Source of the DNA: an uncultured bacterium
GTDB lineage: Bacteria; Bacillota_I; Bacilli_A; RFN20; CAG-826
Reading direction: 5' to 3'
NCBI GenBank assembly: GCA_949283025.1
Contig: CASDRB010000005.1
Location: 23,588-87,587 of the forward strand
DNA: 64,000 nt
The translations under genes and the position numbers were made by a program. Below the pieces are notes generated by a model. That model did not search any database and was not told the origin of the DNA. It saw only the letters and a program-made list of their open reading frames with translations. Shown here piece after piece: positions 30,160-41,279 of the stretch. The number at the start of each line of letters is the position of its first letter. The first letter of the stretch is position 1.

Positions 30160-30171
30160 GCATAATTATGC
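30160..30171. promoter_or_regulatory. perfect 12-bp palindrome GCATAATTATGC in the nadE promoter region
   Basis: Lies 27-38 nt upstream of the nadE start codon. Candidate operator. Confidence 0.4.
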
Positions 30172-30186
30172 CACCAATTGTTGCAT

Positions 30187-30801
30187 TTATAAATATAATT
30201 TATTTTTTAAAGTGGTATTTGGACCATGGCCAGGATAGACAATTGTTTCTTCAGGTAAGGAAAATATTTTTTCCAAAGAAGATTTTATTAATCTAAAATT
30301 TGACGTGGGTAAATCATATCGCCCTATTGAACCATCAAATAAACTATCCCCTGTAAACAAACATTTAGATTCTTTTAAATAGAAAACAACGCTACCTTGA
30401 GTGTGATAAGGCGTATGAATGACTTTTATTGGTTCTTCAAGTAAGTTGATAATATCGTTATCAGCAATAATTTTAATATTTTTTACATCAACATTTATTT
30501 CTTCGCCAATTAGAAAACTGCCGTTCAATGATGAGTTACTTAATAATTTTACATCATCGTTAAAAATATAAACCGGCACGTTAAAATCGTTTAGCATTTT
30601 GTTTAATCCAGCGATATGATCAAAGTGAGCATGAGTTAGCAATATTGCTTTAAAATTCAAATTATTATTTTTTATGTAATCGACAATATTTTTATCATAA
30701 TAGCCACAATCTATTAAAACTGCATTGCGCGATTGATCTATTAATAAATAAGAATTAGCTGAAAAAACATCGAAATATTCATTTTTTTTGATTTTAATCA
30801 T
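30187..30801 (-). CDS. metallo-beta-lactamase-fold hydrolase
   Basis: HAHFDH metal-binding motif, 204 aa, glyoxalase II / YqgX-like. Confidence 0.75.
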   Translation of the reverse strand: MIKIKKNEYFDVFSANSYLLIDQSRNAVLIDCGYYDKNIVDYIKNNNLNFKAILLTHAHFDHIAGLNKMLNDFNVPVYIFNDDVKLLSNSSLNGSFLIGEEINVDVKNIKIIADNDIINLLEEPIKVIHTPYHTQGSVVFYLKESKCLFTGDSLFDGSIGRYDLPTSNFRLIKSSLEKIFSLPEETIVYPGHGPNTTLKNKLYL

Positions 30802-30834
30802 ATTTATTTCTTTAATAAAAAAATAGGAATAACC

Positions 30835-30999
30835 CTATTTCTTTTCTTTGTGAACAGTAACTTTATTGCAACGCGGGCAATATTTATTTTTTTCAATTCT
30901 TTCTGGATGTTTTTTCTTATTAGTGGAAGTAATATATGTTTCTTCGCCACAAACTGTGCATTTTAGAATAACTGATTCACGACCTTTGCCTTTTGCCAT
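30835..30999 (-). CDS. rpmG: 50S ribosomal protein L33
   Basis: Absent from the ORF track (54 aa). My translation: MAKGKGRESVILKCTVCGEETYITSTNKKKHPERIEKNKYCPRCNKVTVHKEKK. CxxC..CxxC zinc ribbon, AAGGAGA SD, AT-rich hairpin plus T-run after the stop. Confidence 0.85.
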   Translation of the reverse strand: MAKGKGRESVILKCTVCGEETYITSTNKKKHPERIEKNKYCPRCNKVTVHKEKK

Positions 31000-31093
31000 A
31001 AATTAACGTCTCCTTAATTAGCAATTTGCATTTTATCATAGATAATTAATAATTCATAGACTTTTTTAAAGAATTATCATAATATGGGTTTTA

Positions 31094-32152
31094 ATGAATA
31101 AAATAACAAGAAATCACACTAGACAATTTAAAATTAAAGATACTCTCATTGGCGGACAAAATAAAGTATTAATCCAATCAATGTGTAACATCAAAACTTC
31201 TAATTATATCGAAGTAGCTATGCAAATAAATAAATGCGCTATGCTTGGTGCCGATTTAATGAGAGTTTCAATAATGGATATGGAAGATGCTAAAGCAATT
31301 TTAAAAATTAAAAAGTTAATTTCTATTCCAATTGTTGGCGACATACATTTTGATTATAAACTTGCTATAGAGGCAATAAATAATGGAATCGATGCTATAA
31401 GAATTAATCCTGGAAACATAGGAAGTGAAGATAAAATTAAATTAGTTATAGACAAAGCAAAAGAATATAATATTCCAATTAGAGTAGGTGTTAATTCTGG
31501 ATCGCTTGATAAAGAAATTCATGACTATTCGCATTTGTATAGTGCAAAAGAGATGATTAAATCAGCACAAAAACATGTGTCGATATTAGAAAAATTTGGT
31601 TTTTATAATATTGTCATTTCTTTAAAAGGAAGTGATGTTTTAGAAACAATTGAATCTTATCGACTAGCTAGTAAAACTTTCCCGTATCCACTCCATTTAG
31701 GAATCACAGAGGCCGGAACTAAAGAAATATCATTAATAAGAAGCACTGCTGGTTTAGCTCCTTTGCTATTAGAAGGGATTGGAGATACAATTCGTATCTC
31801 TATTTCTGGTAATCCAGAAGATGAAATAATAGCAGCTAAAAGATTATTGCACGATATCAGATTGTATCCTAATTATCCGACAATTGTGTCTTGCCCAACA
31901 TGTGGAAGAACACAAGTTGATGTCACAGAATTATCAAACAAAGTTTTATCTTATTTAGAAACAATTAAAAAGCCAATCCATGTTGCTGTTATGGGATGTG
32001 CAGTAAATGGACCAGGAGAAGCAAAAAATGCTGATATTGGCATCGCGGGCGGCTGTCATGAATATTTAATATTTAAAAAAGGTCAAATAATAAAAAAAGT
32101 CAAAGAAGAAGATGCTTTTGATGAATTAAAAAAAGAAATAGATAATTTATAA
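31094..32152 (+). CDS. ispG: 4-hydroxy-3-methylbut-2-enyl diphosphate synthase (flavodoxin)
   Basis: 352 aa. TIM-barrel region, then C-terminal CPTCGR..GCAVNGPGE FeS motif. Confidence 0.88.
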   Translation: MNKITRNHTRQFKIKDTLIGGQNKVLIQSMCNIKTSNYIEVAMQINKCAMLGADLMRVSIMDMEDAKAILKIKKLISIPIVGDIHFDYKLAIEAINNGIDAIRINPGNIGSEDKIKLVIDKAKEYNIPIRVGVNSGSLDKEIHDYSHLYSAKEMIKSAQKHVSILEKFGFYNIVISLKGSDVLETIESYRLASKTFPYPLHLGITEAGTKEISLIRSTAGLAPLLLEGIGDTIRISISGNPEDEIIAAKRLLHDIRLYPNYPTIVSCPTCGRTQVDVTELSNKVLSYLETIKKPIHVAVMGCAVNGPGEAKNADIGIAGGCHEYLIFKKGQIIKKVKEEDAFDELKKEIDNL

Positions 32153-33034
32153 TCTATTTCTCCAATCATCTTCATAAATCTCATTTCTAAACATTTCAAT
32201 TTCTTTTTTATATGGAGCCTTGCCATCAACATATGGGGTTTCTAATATTTTAGGGACCGATTTTAATTTAGGATGATTGACAATCGCATTTAAAGCTTTA
32301 AATCCGATTTCGCCATATCCAATGTTTTCGTGACGATCTTTATGAGCACTTCTTGGATTTTTTGAATCATTGACATGAACAACCAAAATGCGGTTAATCC
32401 CTATAATTTTATCAAATTCATCAAGTAAATCATCAAAGTTAAAAACATCATAACCAGAATCATTCATGTGGCAAGTATCAATGCAAACGCCCAATCTATC
32501 ATTGTGCCTGCAAGATGCAATGATTTGTTGAATTTCTTCAAAAACACTACCTATTTCTGTTCCTTTTCCCGCCATCGTCTCCAAAGCTATTTTGACCTTA
32601 CAATCAGGTATTTGATCATAAATATCATCTATTGCTTTAGATATTAATTTAATTCCGTAATCGCTTCCTTTTCCAATGTGTGCGCCAGGATGAAAAACCA
32701 ATATTTGCGATCCAAATGCTTCGGTTCTTATTAACTCCGATTTTAAAAATTCCTTTGCTTTTTGCAATTTATCATAATCAGAATCATTTGCTAAATTTAA
32801 CACATATGGCGCATGGACAATAATTTTTTGTTCATCTATACCACTATTTTTGATTAATTGGCGCCCTTCAGCAATTTTTAATTCATTTAATGGCTTGCGA
32901 ATTGAATTTTGAGGTGCGCCTGTATAAAACATAAATGTTGTTGCGCCGTATGATAAAGCTTCTTCAACGCTTCCCAAATAATAATTTGGGGCGCTCATTC
33001 CTACATGTGAACCAATAATTAAATCTTTTGACAT
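32147..33034 (-). CDS. nfo: endonuclease IV (AP endonuclease family 2)
   Basis: HAPYVLNLAN, HMNDSGYD, xylose-isomerase-like TIM barrel. 295 aa. Confidence 0.85.
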   Translation of the reverse strand: MSKDLIIGSHVGMSAPNYYLGSVEEALSYGATTFMFYTGAPQNSIRKPLNELKIAEGRQLIKNSGIDEQKIIVHAPYVLNLANDSDYDKLQKAKEFLKSELIRTEAFGSQILVFHPGAHIGKGSDYGIKLISKAIDDIYDQIPDCKVKIALETMAGKGTEIGSVFEEIQQIIASCRHNDRLGVCIDTCHMNDSGYDVFNFDDLLDEFDKIIGINRILVVHVNDSKNPRSAHKDRHENIGYGEIGFKALNAIVNHPKLKSVPKILETPYVDGKAPYKKEIEMFRNEIYEDDWRNRL

Positions 33035-33036
33035 AA

Positions 33037-34383
33037 TTATTCTCCTTTATTTAGTTTCATTAACTGTTTTTTAATATTTTCTTTAATTTTTTGACGTCTG
33101 AATGTTTTTTTAACTTTTTCAGCCGCCAATCTTACTTTTTTCTTATAATTTGGCTTAATTTTTTTGGTTTTCACTTTGCTCGTTGCAATCTTGATTTCTT
33201 TATCTAATTTTTTTTGTTCTTCTGTTTTTGGCCTTTTTTTACTTTTTATAGCCTTGCTTGTTATATCAAAGACATGATTTTTTAATGTCATCCAAGAAAA
33301 ACACACACCTAATTTTTCTAATTTTTCAATTTGTTGGATATCATCGACATTATAAAATGAGTAACATTCACCTGTTTTATTTAATCTTCCAGTTCTGCCA
33401 GCACGATGAAAATAAAATTCGATATTATTTGGAATATCGTAATTTAAAACGCATGTCACATCTTGCAAATCAATGCCTCGGGATGCCATGTCAGAGCAAA
33501 CCACCACCGGAAAATGATTCTCGCGTATCAATTTCATCATATTTTTGCGTTCTCTAGTTTGCAAATCACCATGTATTATTCCTACTTTAATATTTTTTTC
33601 GTTTAAAAAATTATAAAGTGCAATAACATCGCTTTTTTTAGAACAAAATATTAAAATAAAATACGGATTAAAATGCTTGATAAAATCATATGTGGCCTCG
33701 TTTAAAGGTACATGTTTACGATCAATAGCAATGTGTTTAATTGTATGTGAAGCGTTACCATTGCCGATTTTGATTATTTCTTCATCGGTAATATATCGTT
33801 TTAAATCACATTCTAGTTTTTTAGGATAAGTAGCCGAAAAAACCATAATATGGGCATCGTTTTTTAAATCTTTAATCATTTCATGTATATCTTGGAAGTA
33901 TCCCATATCCATCATCATATCAGCCTCATCCAATACAATAGTATCGATGTCACCCAATTTAACCAGATTTTGAATTTTTAATACATCGTGCAAACGCCCT
34001 GGAGTACCAATTAATATATGAGGTTGATTATTAGCTAATGATTCATCTTTTTTGCGATCTTTTCCGCCGATCAATAGCCTAATTTCTAAATTAGGAATAT
34101 ATTTAACAAATTCATTAGCGAAATCAAACGTTTGTTTTGCTAATTCACGAGTTGGTGAAATTATCAATACTTGAACACTTTTTTTATTAATACTTAAATT
34201 ATTAATAACAGGAATTAAAAAACTATGTGTTTTTCCAGTTCCTGTCGCTGATTGAACTAATAAGTTTTTTCTTTTTAAAGCCAAAGGAATGACTTTTTCT
34301 TGAACAATTGTGCAATCGATGTAATTCATATCAGCAAGTGCATTAATTAAATGTGTTTTAATATTAAAAGATTTAAATTTCAT
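33037..34383 (-). CDS. DEAD-box ATP-dependent RNA helicase
   Basis: Q motif, GTGKT, DEAD (VLDEADMMMDMGY), SAT, HRAGRTGR. Basic C-terminal tail. Start moved to MKFKSF (GGTGA SD). Confidence 0.85.
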   Translation of the reverse strand: MKFKSFNIKTHLINALADMNYIDCTIVQEKVIPLALKRKNLLVQSATGTGKTHSFLIPVINNLSINKKSVQVLIISPTRELAKQTFDFANEFVKYIPNLEIRLLIGGKDRKKDESLANNQPHILIGTPGRLHDVLKIQNLVKLGDIDTIVLDEADMMMDMGYFQDIHEMIKDLKNDAHIMVFSATYPKKLECDLKRYITDEEIIKIGNGNASHTIKHIAIDRKHVPLNEATYDFIKHFNPYFILIFCSKKSDVIALYNFLNEKNIKVGIIHGDLQTRERKNMMKLIRENHFPVVVCSDMASRGIDLQDVTCVLNYDIPNNIEFYFHRAGRTGRLNKTGECYSFYNVDDIQQIEKLEKLGVCFSWMTLKNHVFDITSKAIKSKKRPKTEEQKKLDKEIKIATSKVKTKKIKPNYKKKVRLAAEKVKKTFRRQKIKENIKKQLMKLNKGE

Positions 34384-34452
34384 AGTTATCACCTTAAACA
34401 TTATAATCGATAAAATTATATTTTATAAATGAAATTATGATACAATGTTAAT

Positions 34453-35328
34453 ATGCAGATTGATATACTTAGTCCTAACGGATATTGTTATGGTGTAAAA
34501 CGGGCAATAAATTTAGCGTTGGATATCAAAAAAGAAAATCCCAACAAAAAAGTTTATGTCTTAGGGATGTTGGTTCACAATAACTATGTATGTGATTTTT
34601 TACTAAAAAATCAAATTTTCACTATCGATGTGCCTCCCAATAAATATAAAGAAGTTTTATTAAAATTAAAATCTGATGATATAGTTATTTTTACCGCCCA
34701 TGGTCATGACATCGAATTAGATCAAATAATTAAAGATAAAAAAATTCAATCATATGACGCTATCTGTCCTATGGTTAAACATAATAACGACTTAATTAAA
34801 AACGCACTGGAAAAAGGAAAAAAAGTAATATACATAGGACAAAAAAATCATCCAGAAGCCATAGGCGCTTTAAGCATGAGTAACGATATTATTTTTATGA
34901 CTAATAAATTACTAGATTTATCCTATTACGATAAGAAACTTAATTATTTTGTAATAAATCAAACAACTCTAAATATCGAGGAATTAAAAGGCATTCATAA
35001 GGATTTAAAATCAATTTTTCCCAATATAGAAATTGCTGACGAGATATGTGCCGCAACAAGATTAAGACAACAGACTATCTTACAATTAACAGGGTATGAT
35101 GTTTTACTAGTAGTCGGTTCATTAAAAAGTAGCAATACAAATAAATTATACGATATTGCAACAAATAAATTGCTTGATATATCAACATTTCGAATTGAAT
35201 CTTTAAAAGATATTCCTTTTAATAAATTGAACAAACAACAAAAAATTGCAATAACCGGCGGAACTTCAACTCCAAGCAAATTACTGCAATTAATTAAAGA
35301 AGAAATAACAAATTATTTTATTAAATAA
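34453..35328 (+). CDS. ispH: 4-hydroxy-3-methylbut-2-enyl diphosphate reductase
   Basis: 291 aa. LytB fold with Cys ligands (SPNGYCYGV, CPMV, ICAAT). Confidence 0.85.
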   Translation: MQIDILSPNGYCYGVKRAINLALDIKKENPNKKVYVLGMLVHNNYVCDFLLKNQIFTIDVPPNKYKEVLLKLKSDDIVIFTAHGHDIELDQIIKDKKIQSYDAICPMVKHNNDLIKNALEKGKKVIYIGQKNHPEAIGALSMSNDIIFMTNKLLDLSYYDKKLNYFVINQTTLNIEELKGIHKDLKSIFPNIEIADEICAATRLRQQTILQLTGYDVLLVVGSLKSSNTNKLYDIATNKLLDISTFRIESLKDIPFNKLNKQQKIAITGGTSTPSKLLQLIKEEITNYFIK

Positions 35329-36091
35329 CTTCTGGTAATTTTTCATGATCAATGCAAATTACACTTAAATTAAAATCAATATCTAATAATATTTTTTTCA
35401 TAGTAGGCATGAATATTTTTTCAATTTCATGAGGCATATCTAAATAATTGTAATGTGAAGTTAAAATATCTCGTCTGACATGATGCGGAGCATCTCCTGA
35501 AATAAAAATATCAGCGCCGCTATCTTTTGCTATTTTCCAGCTTCTTGAGCCCCCGCCGCCGATGATTGCGATTTTTTTAATTAATTTATCATTGCCTTTG
35601 ATTAAAAGGCTGTAATCAACTAAAAATGCTCTTTTTGCCAATTTTGCAAATTCATAAATATTCATTTCTTCACCTAAATATCCGATTCTCATCATTTGAT
35701 CTTCTTCAGGCGCGTATACATTGTGGCAGCCTAAAGCTTTAATCAAAGCATCGTTCATGCCATCAACTCCCTCATCAAAGTTGGTGTGAAAACTATAAAC
35801 TGGCACATTTAATTTTTCTAACTCGTCAACAAGCATTTGTTTTTTTTCGTCATTTTTTAAAACTTGTTTTTTAGATCCATAAATAAAAGGATGGTGAGTA
35901 AAAATAATATCTGGCTGATATTGTTTAACATATGGTAAAACTTCTTCGTCTAAATCTAAACATACAAGAATTTTAGAAATATTGATTGGTAAATTTCCAA
36001 CCATCAGTCCTACATAATCATGGTGTTTTTTTGCAATTTTTTTTGGAAATTTTTTTGCTAATTTAATCAAAAGGGATTTAGTGGCAATCAT
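35321..36091 (-). CDS. Nif3-family dinuclear metal center protein (YqfO-like)
   Basis: 256 aa. HHP..GDAPHH metal motifs. Conserved trmK-nif3 pairing. Confidence 0.8.
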   Translation of the reverse strand: MIATKSLLIKLAKKFPKKIAKKHHDYVGLMVGNLPINISKILVCLDLDEEVLPYVKQYQPDIIFTHHPFIYGSKKQVLKNDEKKQMLVDELEKLNVPVYSFHTNFDEGVDGMNDALIKALGCHNVYAPEEDQMMRIGYLGEEMNIYEFAKLAKRAFLVDYSLLIKGNDKLIKKIAIIGGGGSRSWKIAKDSGADIFISGDAPHHVRRDILTSHYNYLDMPHEIEKIFMPTMKKILLDIDFNLSVICIDHEKLPEVI

Positions 36092-36777
36092 AATATGTTT
36101 TTTATCCTTTCAATTCTTTTTTTAATTATCGTTTGTCTATTTAAATCTAGATTAGGTATATGTAAAATGTTTCCTAATTGCTCTAATTCGTCTTGATATT
36201 TTTTTGTAAAGGCATCTGATTTAAATCTCATTAATATTGGTCCAAATTCATATTCTTCCTCAGTCAAATTGATAACATGATTGCTTTTTTTAAATTTGAT
36301 GATTTCATAATATGTTTTTTTCTCGTAAATTATTTTTTCGTCTTCAATGCAAAAACCAAAATTCACAATTTCTTTTCTTACATATGGAATATCATTATGA
36401 GAGTCGACAATAATTGTTGAAACATCATTTAAATAATCGACATTCTTTTTTAATATTTCGATAATCAGATGTCCGCCCATTCCTGCAATAATAATCGTGT
36501 CGACATGATATTGTTTTAAACACTGTATTCCATCACCTAACAACGCAAGAATATTATTATTTATGTTATTTTTTTTAATTTCTTGGCACAAACGATTATA
36601 TGGTCCTAACTTATTTTCAACAGCATATCCAAAGGATATTTTGTTATTATTTGCAAGTGCAATTATTAATTTGCCATGGTCAGCTCCAACATCAATTGCT
36701 GTTCCAAAAGGAACCATATCGTATATCGTCTTTAAGCGTTTCGACAATATAATTTTAGTTGCTTTCTCCATAATCAC
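36088..36777 (-). CDS. trmK: tRNA (adenine22-N1)-methyltransferase TrmK
   Basis: SAM-MTase motif [10 protein letters not shown]. Conserved position between sigA and nif3. Confidence 0.75.
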   Translation of the reverse strand: MIMEKATKIILSKRLKTIYDMVPFGTAIDVGADHGKLIIALANNNKISFGYAVENKLGPYNRLCQEIKKNNINNNILALLGDGIQCLKQYHVDTIIIAGMGGHLIIEILKKNVDYLNDVSTIIVDSHNDIPYVRKEIVNFGFCIEDEKIIYEKKTYYEIIKFKKSNHVINLTEEEYEFGPILMRFKSDAFTKKYQDELEQLGNILHIPNLDLNRQTIIKKRIERIKNIL

Positions 36778-38008
36778 CTAATTTTTTTGCTCTAATTGGA
36801 TGTCGCAATTTTCTAATAGCTTTAGCTTCAATTTGTCTAATTCTTTCTCTGGTAACTCCAAATTCTTTTCCGACTTCCTCGAGTGTTCTTGGACGATTAT
36901 CATCAAGACCATATCTTAAACGTATCACTCTTTCTTCACGATCGTTTAAATCTTTTAAAATAGTGTATAGTTCCTCTTTTAATAATTGTTTTGTTGTAAA
37001 ATCAGACGGAGATTCAGATTCTTTATCTTCGATAAAATCACCTAAATGTGAATCGTCTTCTTCTCCTATTGGAGTTTCTAAAGAAACAGGATCCATGGCG
37101 ATTCTTTGAATTTCACGAATGCGTTTTGGAGGAAAAGCTCCATCCATTGCTTCGGATATTTCTTCGGCAGTTGGTTCTCTTCCTAAATCTTGTACCAATT
37201 GGCGTTGAATTCTTGTCATTTTATTAATGGTTTCGACCATGTGAACAGGAATTCTAATTGTTCTAGCTTGATCGGCAATAGCTCTTGTAATAGCTTGACG
37301 TATCCACCATGTAGCATATGTTGAAAATTTATATCCTTTTGTGTAATCAAATTTATCAACCGCTTTCATTAATCCCAAATTGCCTTCTTGAATTAAATCA
37401 AGGAATTGCATGCCACGGCCAACATAATGCTTAGCAATATTGACCACTAAACGCAAATTAGCATTTATAAGTCTAGTTTTAGCTTCTTCATCATTTTCTA
37501 AAATCCTTTGGGCAAGAATAGGTTCTTCTTCGGGCTTTAACAACTCGTATTTTCCGATTTCTTTTAAGTACATTTTGACAGAATCATTTACTCTTACATC
37601 ACCCGCCAAAATAGAATCAAGGTGATCGACGCTTTCAATTTCTTCGTCTTCATCGCTCAATTCATCAGAAACTAAAAAATCATCTTCATCATCGTTTTCG
37701 CTGGCTTGAGAAAAATCGACATCAGCATCACTAATTTCCTCTTCTTCCTCTTCCTCAGTAGCAACACCTTGTGAATGAAAAAAATCAATTAACTCCTCGA
37801 AACTATCATCGTCTAATGAATAATTTCTAAATGCATCAAATATTTCACTTTGATCAATAAAATTGTCGTTTTCTTTTGCGCGTTGTAAAAGTTTGTCCCT
37901 TACTTCCTCAAAAGTAGGTATGTCACCTAAATCGATGTCTAAAGCATCATCATCGACCACCATTTTTTTCATTTTCTTTTTTGCTTCTGTTGTCTTAGTT
38001 TTTGCCAT
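36755..38008 (-). CDS. sigA: RNA polymerase primary sigma factor
   Basis: Acidic region 1.1, region 2 ([22 protein letters not shown]), region 4 HTH. dnaG-sigA operon order. Confidence 0.92.
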   Translation of the reverse strand: MAKTKTTEAKKKMKKMVVDDDALDIDLGDIPTFEEVRDKLLQRAKENDNFIDQSEIFDAFRNYSLDDDSFEELIDFFHSQGVATEEEEEEEISDADVDFSQASENDDEDDFLVSDELSDEDEEIESVDHLDSILAGDVRVNDSVKMYLKEIGKYELLKPEEEPILAQRILENDEEAKTRLINANLRLVVNIAKHYVGRGMQFLDLIQEGNLGLMKAVDKFDYTKGYKFSTYATWWIRQAITRAIADQARTIRIPVHMVETINKMTRIQRQLVQDLGREPTAEEISEAMDGAFPPKRIREIQRIAMDPVSLETPIGEEDDSHLGDFIEDKESESPSDFTTKQLLKEELYTILKDLNDREERVIRLRYGLDDNRPRTLEEVGKEFGVTRERIRQIEAKAIRKLRHPIRAKKLGDYGESN

Positions 38009-38012
38009 ATAA

Positions 38013-39806
38013 CTATTGCCTTCCTTTCTTTTTCAGCATTCTTTTATTCCAGTCAGTCAAAATACGAGCTTTTTCTTTTTCGGTTTTGTCAGCAAGCATT
38101 TGATCCAACATTGTCTTTTGATAAAGTTTTTCTTTTTCGTCGTTTATGACGGCTAAAATATTATCTAAATAATTTTCATCTATGCAATCTGGATGATTTT
38201 TTTCAAAGGACAAATCAATTATTTCATTAATTAAAGAATCGCTTTGAGGATCTTGTCTAGATTCTATAGAAGAAATAATATGCGAAGCATCAACCGACTT
38301 CATCGTCTTATAATAATCCAATATATAATCAGCTATGCGTCGATACAATTCGTCGTAAAACGACTCAACTTTTTGCTCGTAAAATTCAATCGCTTTTGGA
38401 TTTTTCAACATATAAAATAGTATTTCTCGCTCCGCTAATTCAAAACGTTTAATTGCTTTTCTTTCCGGATGAAAACTTCTAATTGCTTCTTCTGGATTTT
38501 CAAATTTAGTGTTTCTTGCTTGGATGACCAATTGCCTAATTGATTCAACATCAAATTTTGTAACTCTAGCTATTTTTCTAAGATAATCATCAAACTCCAA
38601 CCTTGTCTTGACGTTAAGTAAAATTGGCAAAAATCGTTTAATCAATTTTTTCTTATCATCAATAGAAACTAAGGCCTTGGTGTTTTCATAATATGAGATA
38701 ATAAAATCGGCAGGAGAAAATAAATTATTTAAATAATTTTTTAATTTTTCAGGACCTTCTTGCGTTAAGATTTCATCTGGATCTTTATTTGAACCTTGGT
38801 TGTTGACAATTTGATATGAAATGCCGCTATTATTCATAATATCTATTATTTTCATTTCTGCCATTTGCCCGGCAGCATCGCCATCTAAACAAAAGCGGAC
38901 CTCAACCCCCAAAGATCTAAGCATTGCCAAATGTTGTTTGGTAAAAGCTGTCCCCATTAAAGCAACGGCTGAAGTGATGCCTATTTTTTCTAAAGCAAAC
39001 ACATCCATAAAACCCTCTAATACATAAACATAGCCATCTTTTTTTGCTGTCTCTTTAGCATGGTGAAAATTATATAAAATGTTTGATTTATGAAACAATA
39101 ATGTTTCTGGCGAATTAATATATTTAGCACTAGACTCATTGTTCAAAGCTCTAGCACTAAAACCAACTACTTGTCCATTTGCGTCGCAAATCGGAAAAAT
39201 TACGCGACCAGCATTAACATCGCTATATGTAGTTTTATTAGCACTAATTATTCCAATTAATTCCATCGATTTTAACGAATTGCCTTTTGCTTCTAAATAT
39301 TTGCATGTTTTTTGCCCGTCTTTAAAAGAATAACCTAACAAAAACTTTTTTCTTATATCAGAATTTAATTGGCGCTTATCAAAATAATTTAATCCTTCTT
39401 CTCCTTCTTCAGTGGACAAAGCATATTGATAATATATTGTTAAATCATTGATGCATTTTTCTAAAGCGGCTATTTGAGGATTCTTTTCAACTTTCACTAC
39501 TTTTGTTTCTAATCTAGGGTCGTGATACCCACATAAATCAGCAACTTTTTTCATCGCTTCAAAAAACGATATGCGCTCATACATCTCCACAAATTTTATG
39601 GCGTTGCCGCCACTGCCACAAACAAAACATTTAAAAATTTGTTTTTCTTTAGATATTTGCATTGAAGGATTTTTATCGTCATGAAAAGGACAAAGAGCAA
39701 CATAACTTCGCCCTTTTCGTTTAACATCTATGTATCGAGAAATAATATCTACAATATCACAATGCTTTAAAACATCACTAATTAAATCTTGATTAAAAGC
39801 CATCAA
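38013..39806 (-). CDS. dnaG: DNA primase
   Basis: N-terminal Zn finger [15 protein letters not shown]. Toprim (EGFMDV, DGDAAG). Confidence 0.9.
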   Translation of the reverse strand: MMAFNQDLISDVLKHCDIVDIISRYIDVKRKGRSYVALCPFHDDKNPSMQISKEKQIFKCFVCGSGGNAIKFVEMYERISFFEAMKKVADLCGYHDPRLETKVVKVEKNPQIAALEKCINDLTIYYQYALSTEEGEEGLNYFDKRQLNSDIRKKFLLGYSFKDGQKTCKYLEAKGNSLKSMELIGIISANKTTYSDVNAGRVIFPICDANGQVVGFSARALNNESSAKYINSPETLLFHKSNILYNFHHAKETAKKDGYVYVLEGFMDVFALEKIGITSAVALMGTAFTKQHLAMLRSLGVEVRFCLDGDAAGQMAEMKIIDIMNNSGISYQIVNNQGSNKDPDEILTQEGPEKLKNYLNNLFSPADFIISYYENTKALVSIDDKKKLIKRFLPILLNVKTRLEFDDYLRKIARVTKFDVESIRQLVIQARNTKFENPEEAIRSFHPERKAIKRFELAEREILFYMLKNPKAIEFYEQKVESFYDELYRRIADYILDYYKTMKSVDASHIISSIESRQDPQSDSLINEIIDLSFEKNHPDCIDENYLDNILAVINDEKEKLYQKTMLDQMLADKTEKEKARILTDWNKRMLKKKGRQ

Positions 39807-39812
39807 AATCTC

Positions 39813-41189
39813 CTAGAAAAATACTTTTACAGTGAAATAATTCACTAAATCTACGATAGGCAATCTTATTTGTTGCATTGTGTCTCTATCGCGAATTGTC
39901 ACTTGATTATCTTGCAATGAATCAAAATCAACCGTCAGACAATATGGTGTTCCAATAGCATCCTGGCGTCTATATCTTTTGCCAATTGATCCTGTATCAT
40001 CATAGGTCACCGAAAAATATTTCCTTAAAATCATTTCAACTTCATGAGCTTTTTCTTCAAGCTTTTTGCTTAATGGCAAAACAGCAATTTTATATGCTGA
40101 AATTGCTGGATGTAAATGCATGACAACACGCGTGTCGCCACCATCCAATACTTCTTCATCATATGCATCGCATAAACACATTAAAACAAGACGATCAAGG
40201 CCAACAGATGGCTCAATACAATAAGGAATATATTTTTCGTTTGTGGACGAATCAAAATATTCTAACGATTCACCGCTAAATTCACTATGGCGCTTTAAAT
40301 CATAGTCTGTGCGATCAGCTATTCCCCATACTTCTCCCCAACCAAATGGAAAATTGTATTCAATGTCGGTAGTAGCTTTGCTATAAAAAGCTAATTCTTC
40401 TGGTTCATGATCGCGATAACGTAAATTCTCTTCTTTAATTCCCAAAGAATAAATAAAATTCAAGCAATATTTTTTCCAATATGCAAACCATTCTAAATCT
40501 GTTCCAGGTTGACAGAAAAATTCCATTTCCATCTGCGAAAACTCACGCGTTCTGAAAGTAAACTGCCCTGGCGTAATTTCGTTTCTAAAAGATTTGCCCA
40601 CATTGCAAATACCAATTGGCAATTTGCGTCTTGTCGATCGCATTACATTTTTAAAATTAACAAAAACACCTTGGGCGGTTTCTGGTCTCATATACACTAC
40701 ATTTGATGATTCTTCAGTCACGCCAACATGAGTTTTAAACATCATATTAAATTGTCTTATATCGGTGAAATCTTTTTTTCCACAAACAGGACATTTAACA
40801 TCGTGAGTCTTAATGAAATTATTCATTTGATCAAAATTCATGCCGTTAACATCAATATCTGGAAATTGGGATTCAATTAATTCATCGGCACGATGTCTTG
40901 ATTTGCACGATTTGCAGTCAATCAATGGATCGTTAAATGTAGAAACATGGCCTGTTGCGACCCAGACTTTAGGATTCATCAAAATAGCTGCATCAAGGCC
41001 AACGTTTGTCGGTGATTCTTGAACAAATTTTTTCCACCACATTTTTTGAATGTTTTTAATTATTTCAGATCCTAGGGGACCATAATCCCATGTATTAGAA
41101 AGACCGCCATAAATTTCGCTTCCTGGAAACATAAATCCAGAGACAATTAAATGGTTAGTTATTTTATCAAATGCAAATTTATTATTCAT
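39813..41189 (-). CDS. glyQS: glycine--tRNA ligase (dimeric class II type)
   Basis: 458 aa. Class II motifs ([28 protein letters not shown]). Only about 90 nt of leader and no T-box. Confidence 0.88.
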   Translation of the reverse strand: MNNKFAFDKITNHLIVSGFMFPGSEIYGGLSNTWDYGPLGSEIIKNIQKMWWKKFVQESPTNVGLDAAILMNPKVWVATGHVSTFNDPLIDCKSCKSRHRADELIESQFPDIDVNGMNFDQMNNFIKTHDVKCPVCGKKDFTDIRQFNMMFKTHVGVTEESSNVVYMRPETAQGVFVNFKNVMRSTRRKLPIGICNVGKSFRNEITPGQFTFRTREFSQMEMEFFCQPGTDLEWFAYWKKYCLNFIYSLGIKEENLRYRDHEPEELAFYSKATTDIEYNFPFGWGEVWGIADRTDYDLKRHSEFSGESLEYFDSSTNEKYIPYCIEPSVGLDRLVLMCLCDAYDEEVLDGGDTRVVMHLHPAISAYKIAVLPLSKKLEEKAHEVEMILRKYFSVTYDDTGSIGKRYRRQDAIGTPYCLTVDFDSLQDNQVTIRDRDTMQQIRLPIVDLVNYFTVKVFF

Positions 41190-41279
41190 ATTTTCCTCCC
41201 GCTTTTTACAAAGCGCACTTTAAAATTATGACCTTTATTGTTGAGGTCTTGTCAACCTATTATAAGTGTTGTATTTTTA

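Noticed and set aside
41190-41279. T-box or other riboswitch leader upstream of glyQS
   Set aside because: Only about 90 nt are available, with candidate sigma-A-like promoters whose spacing is suboptimal. Far too short for a T-box.
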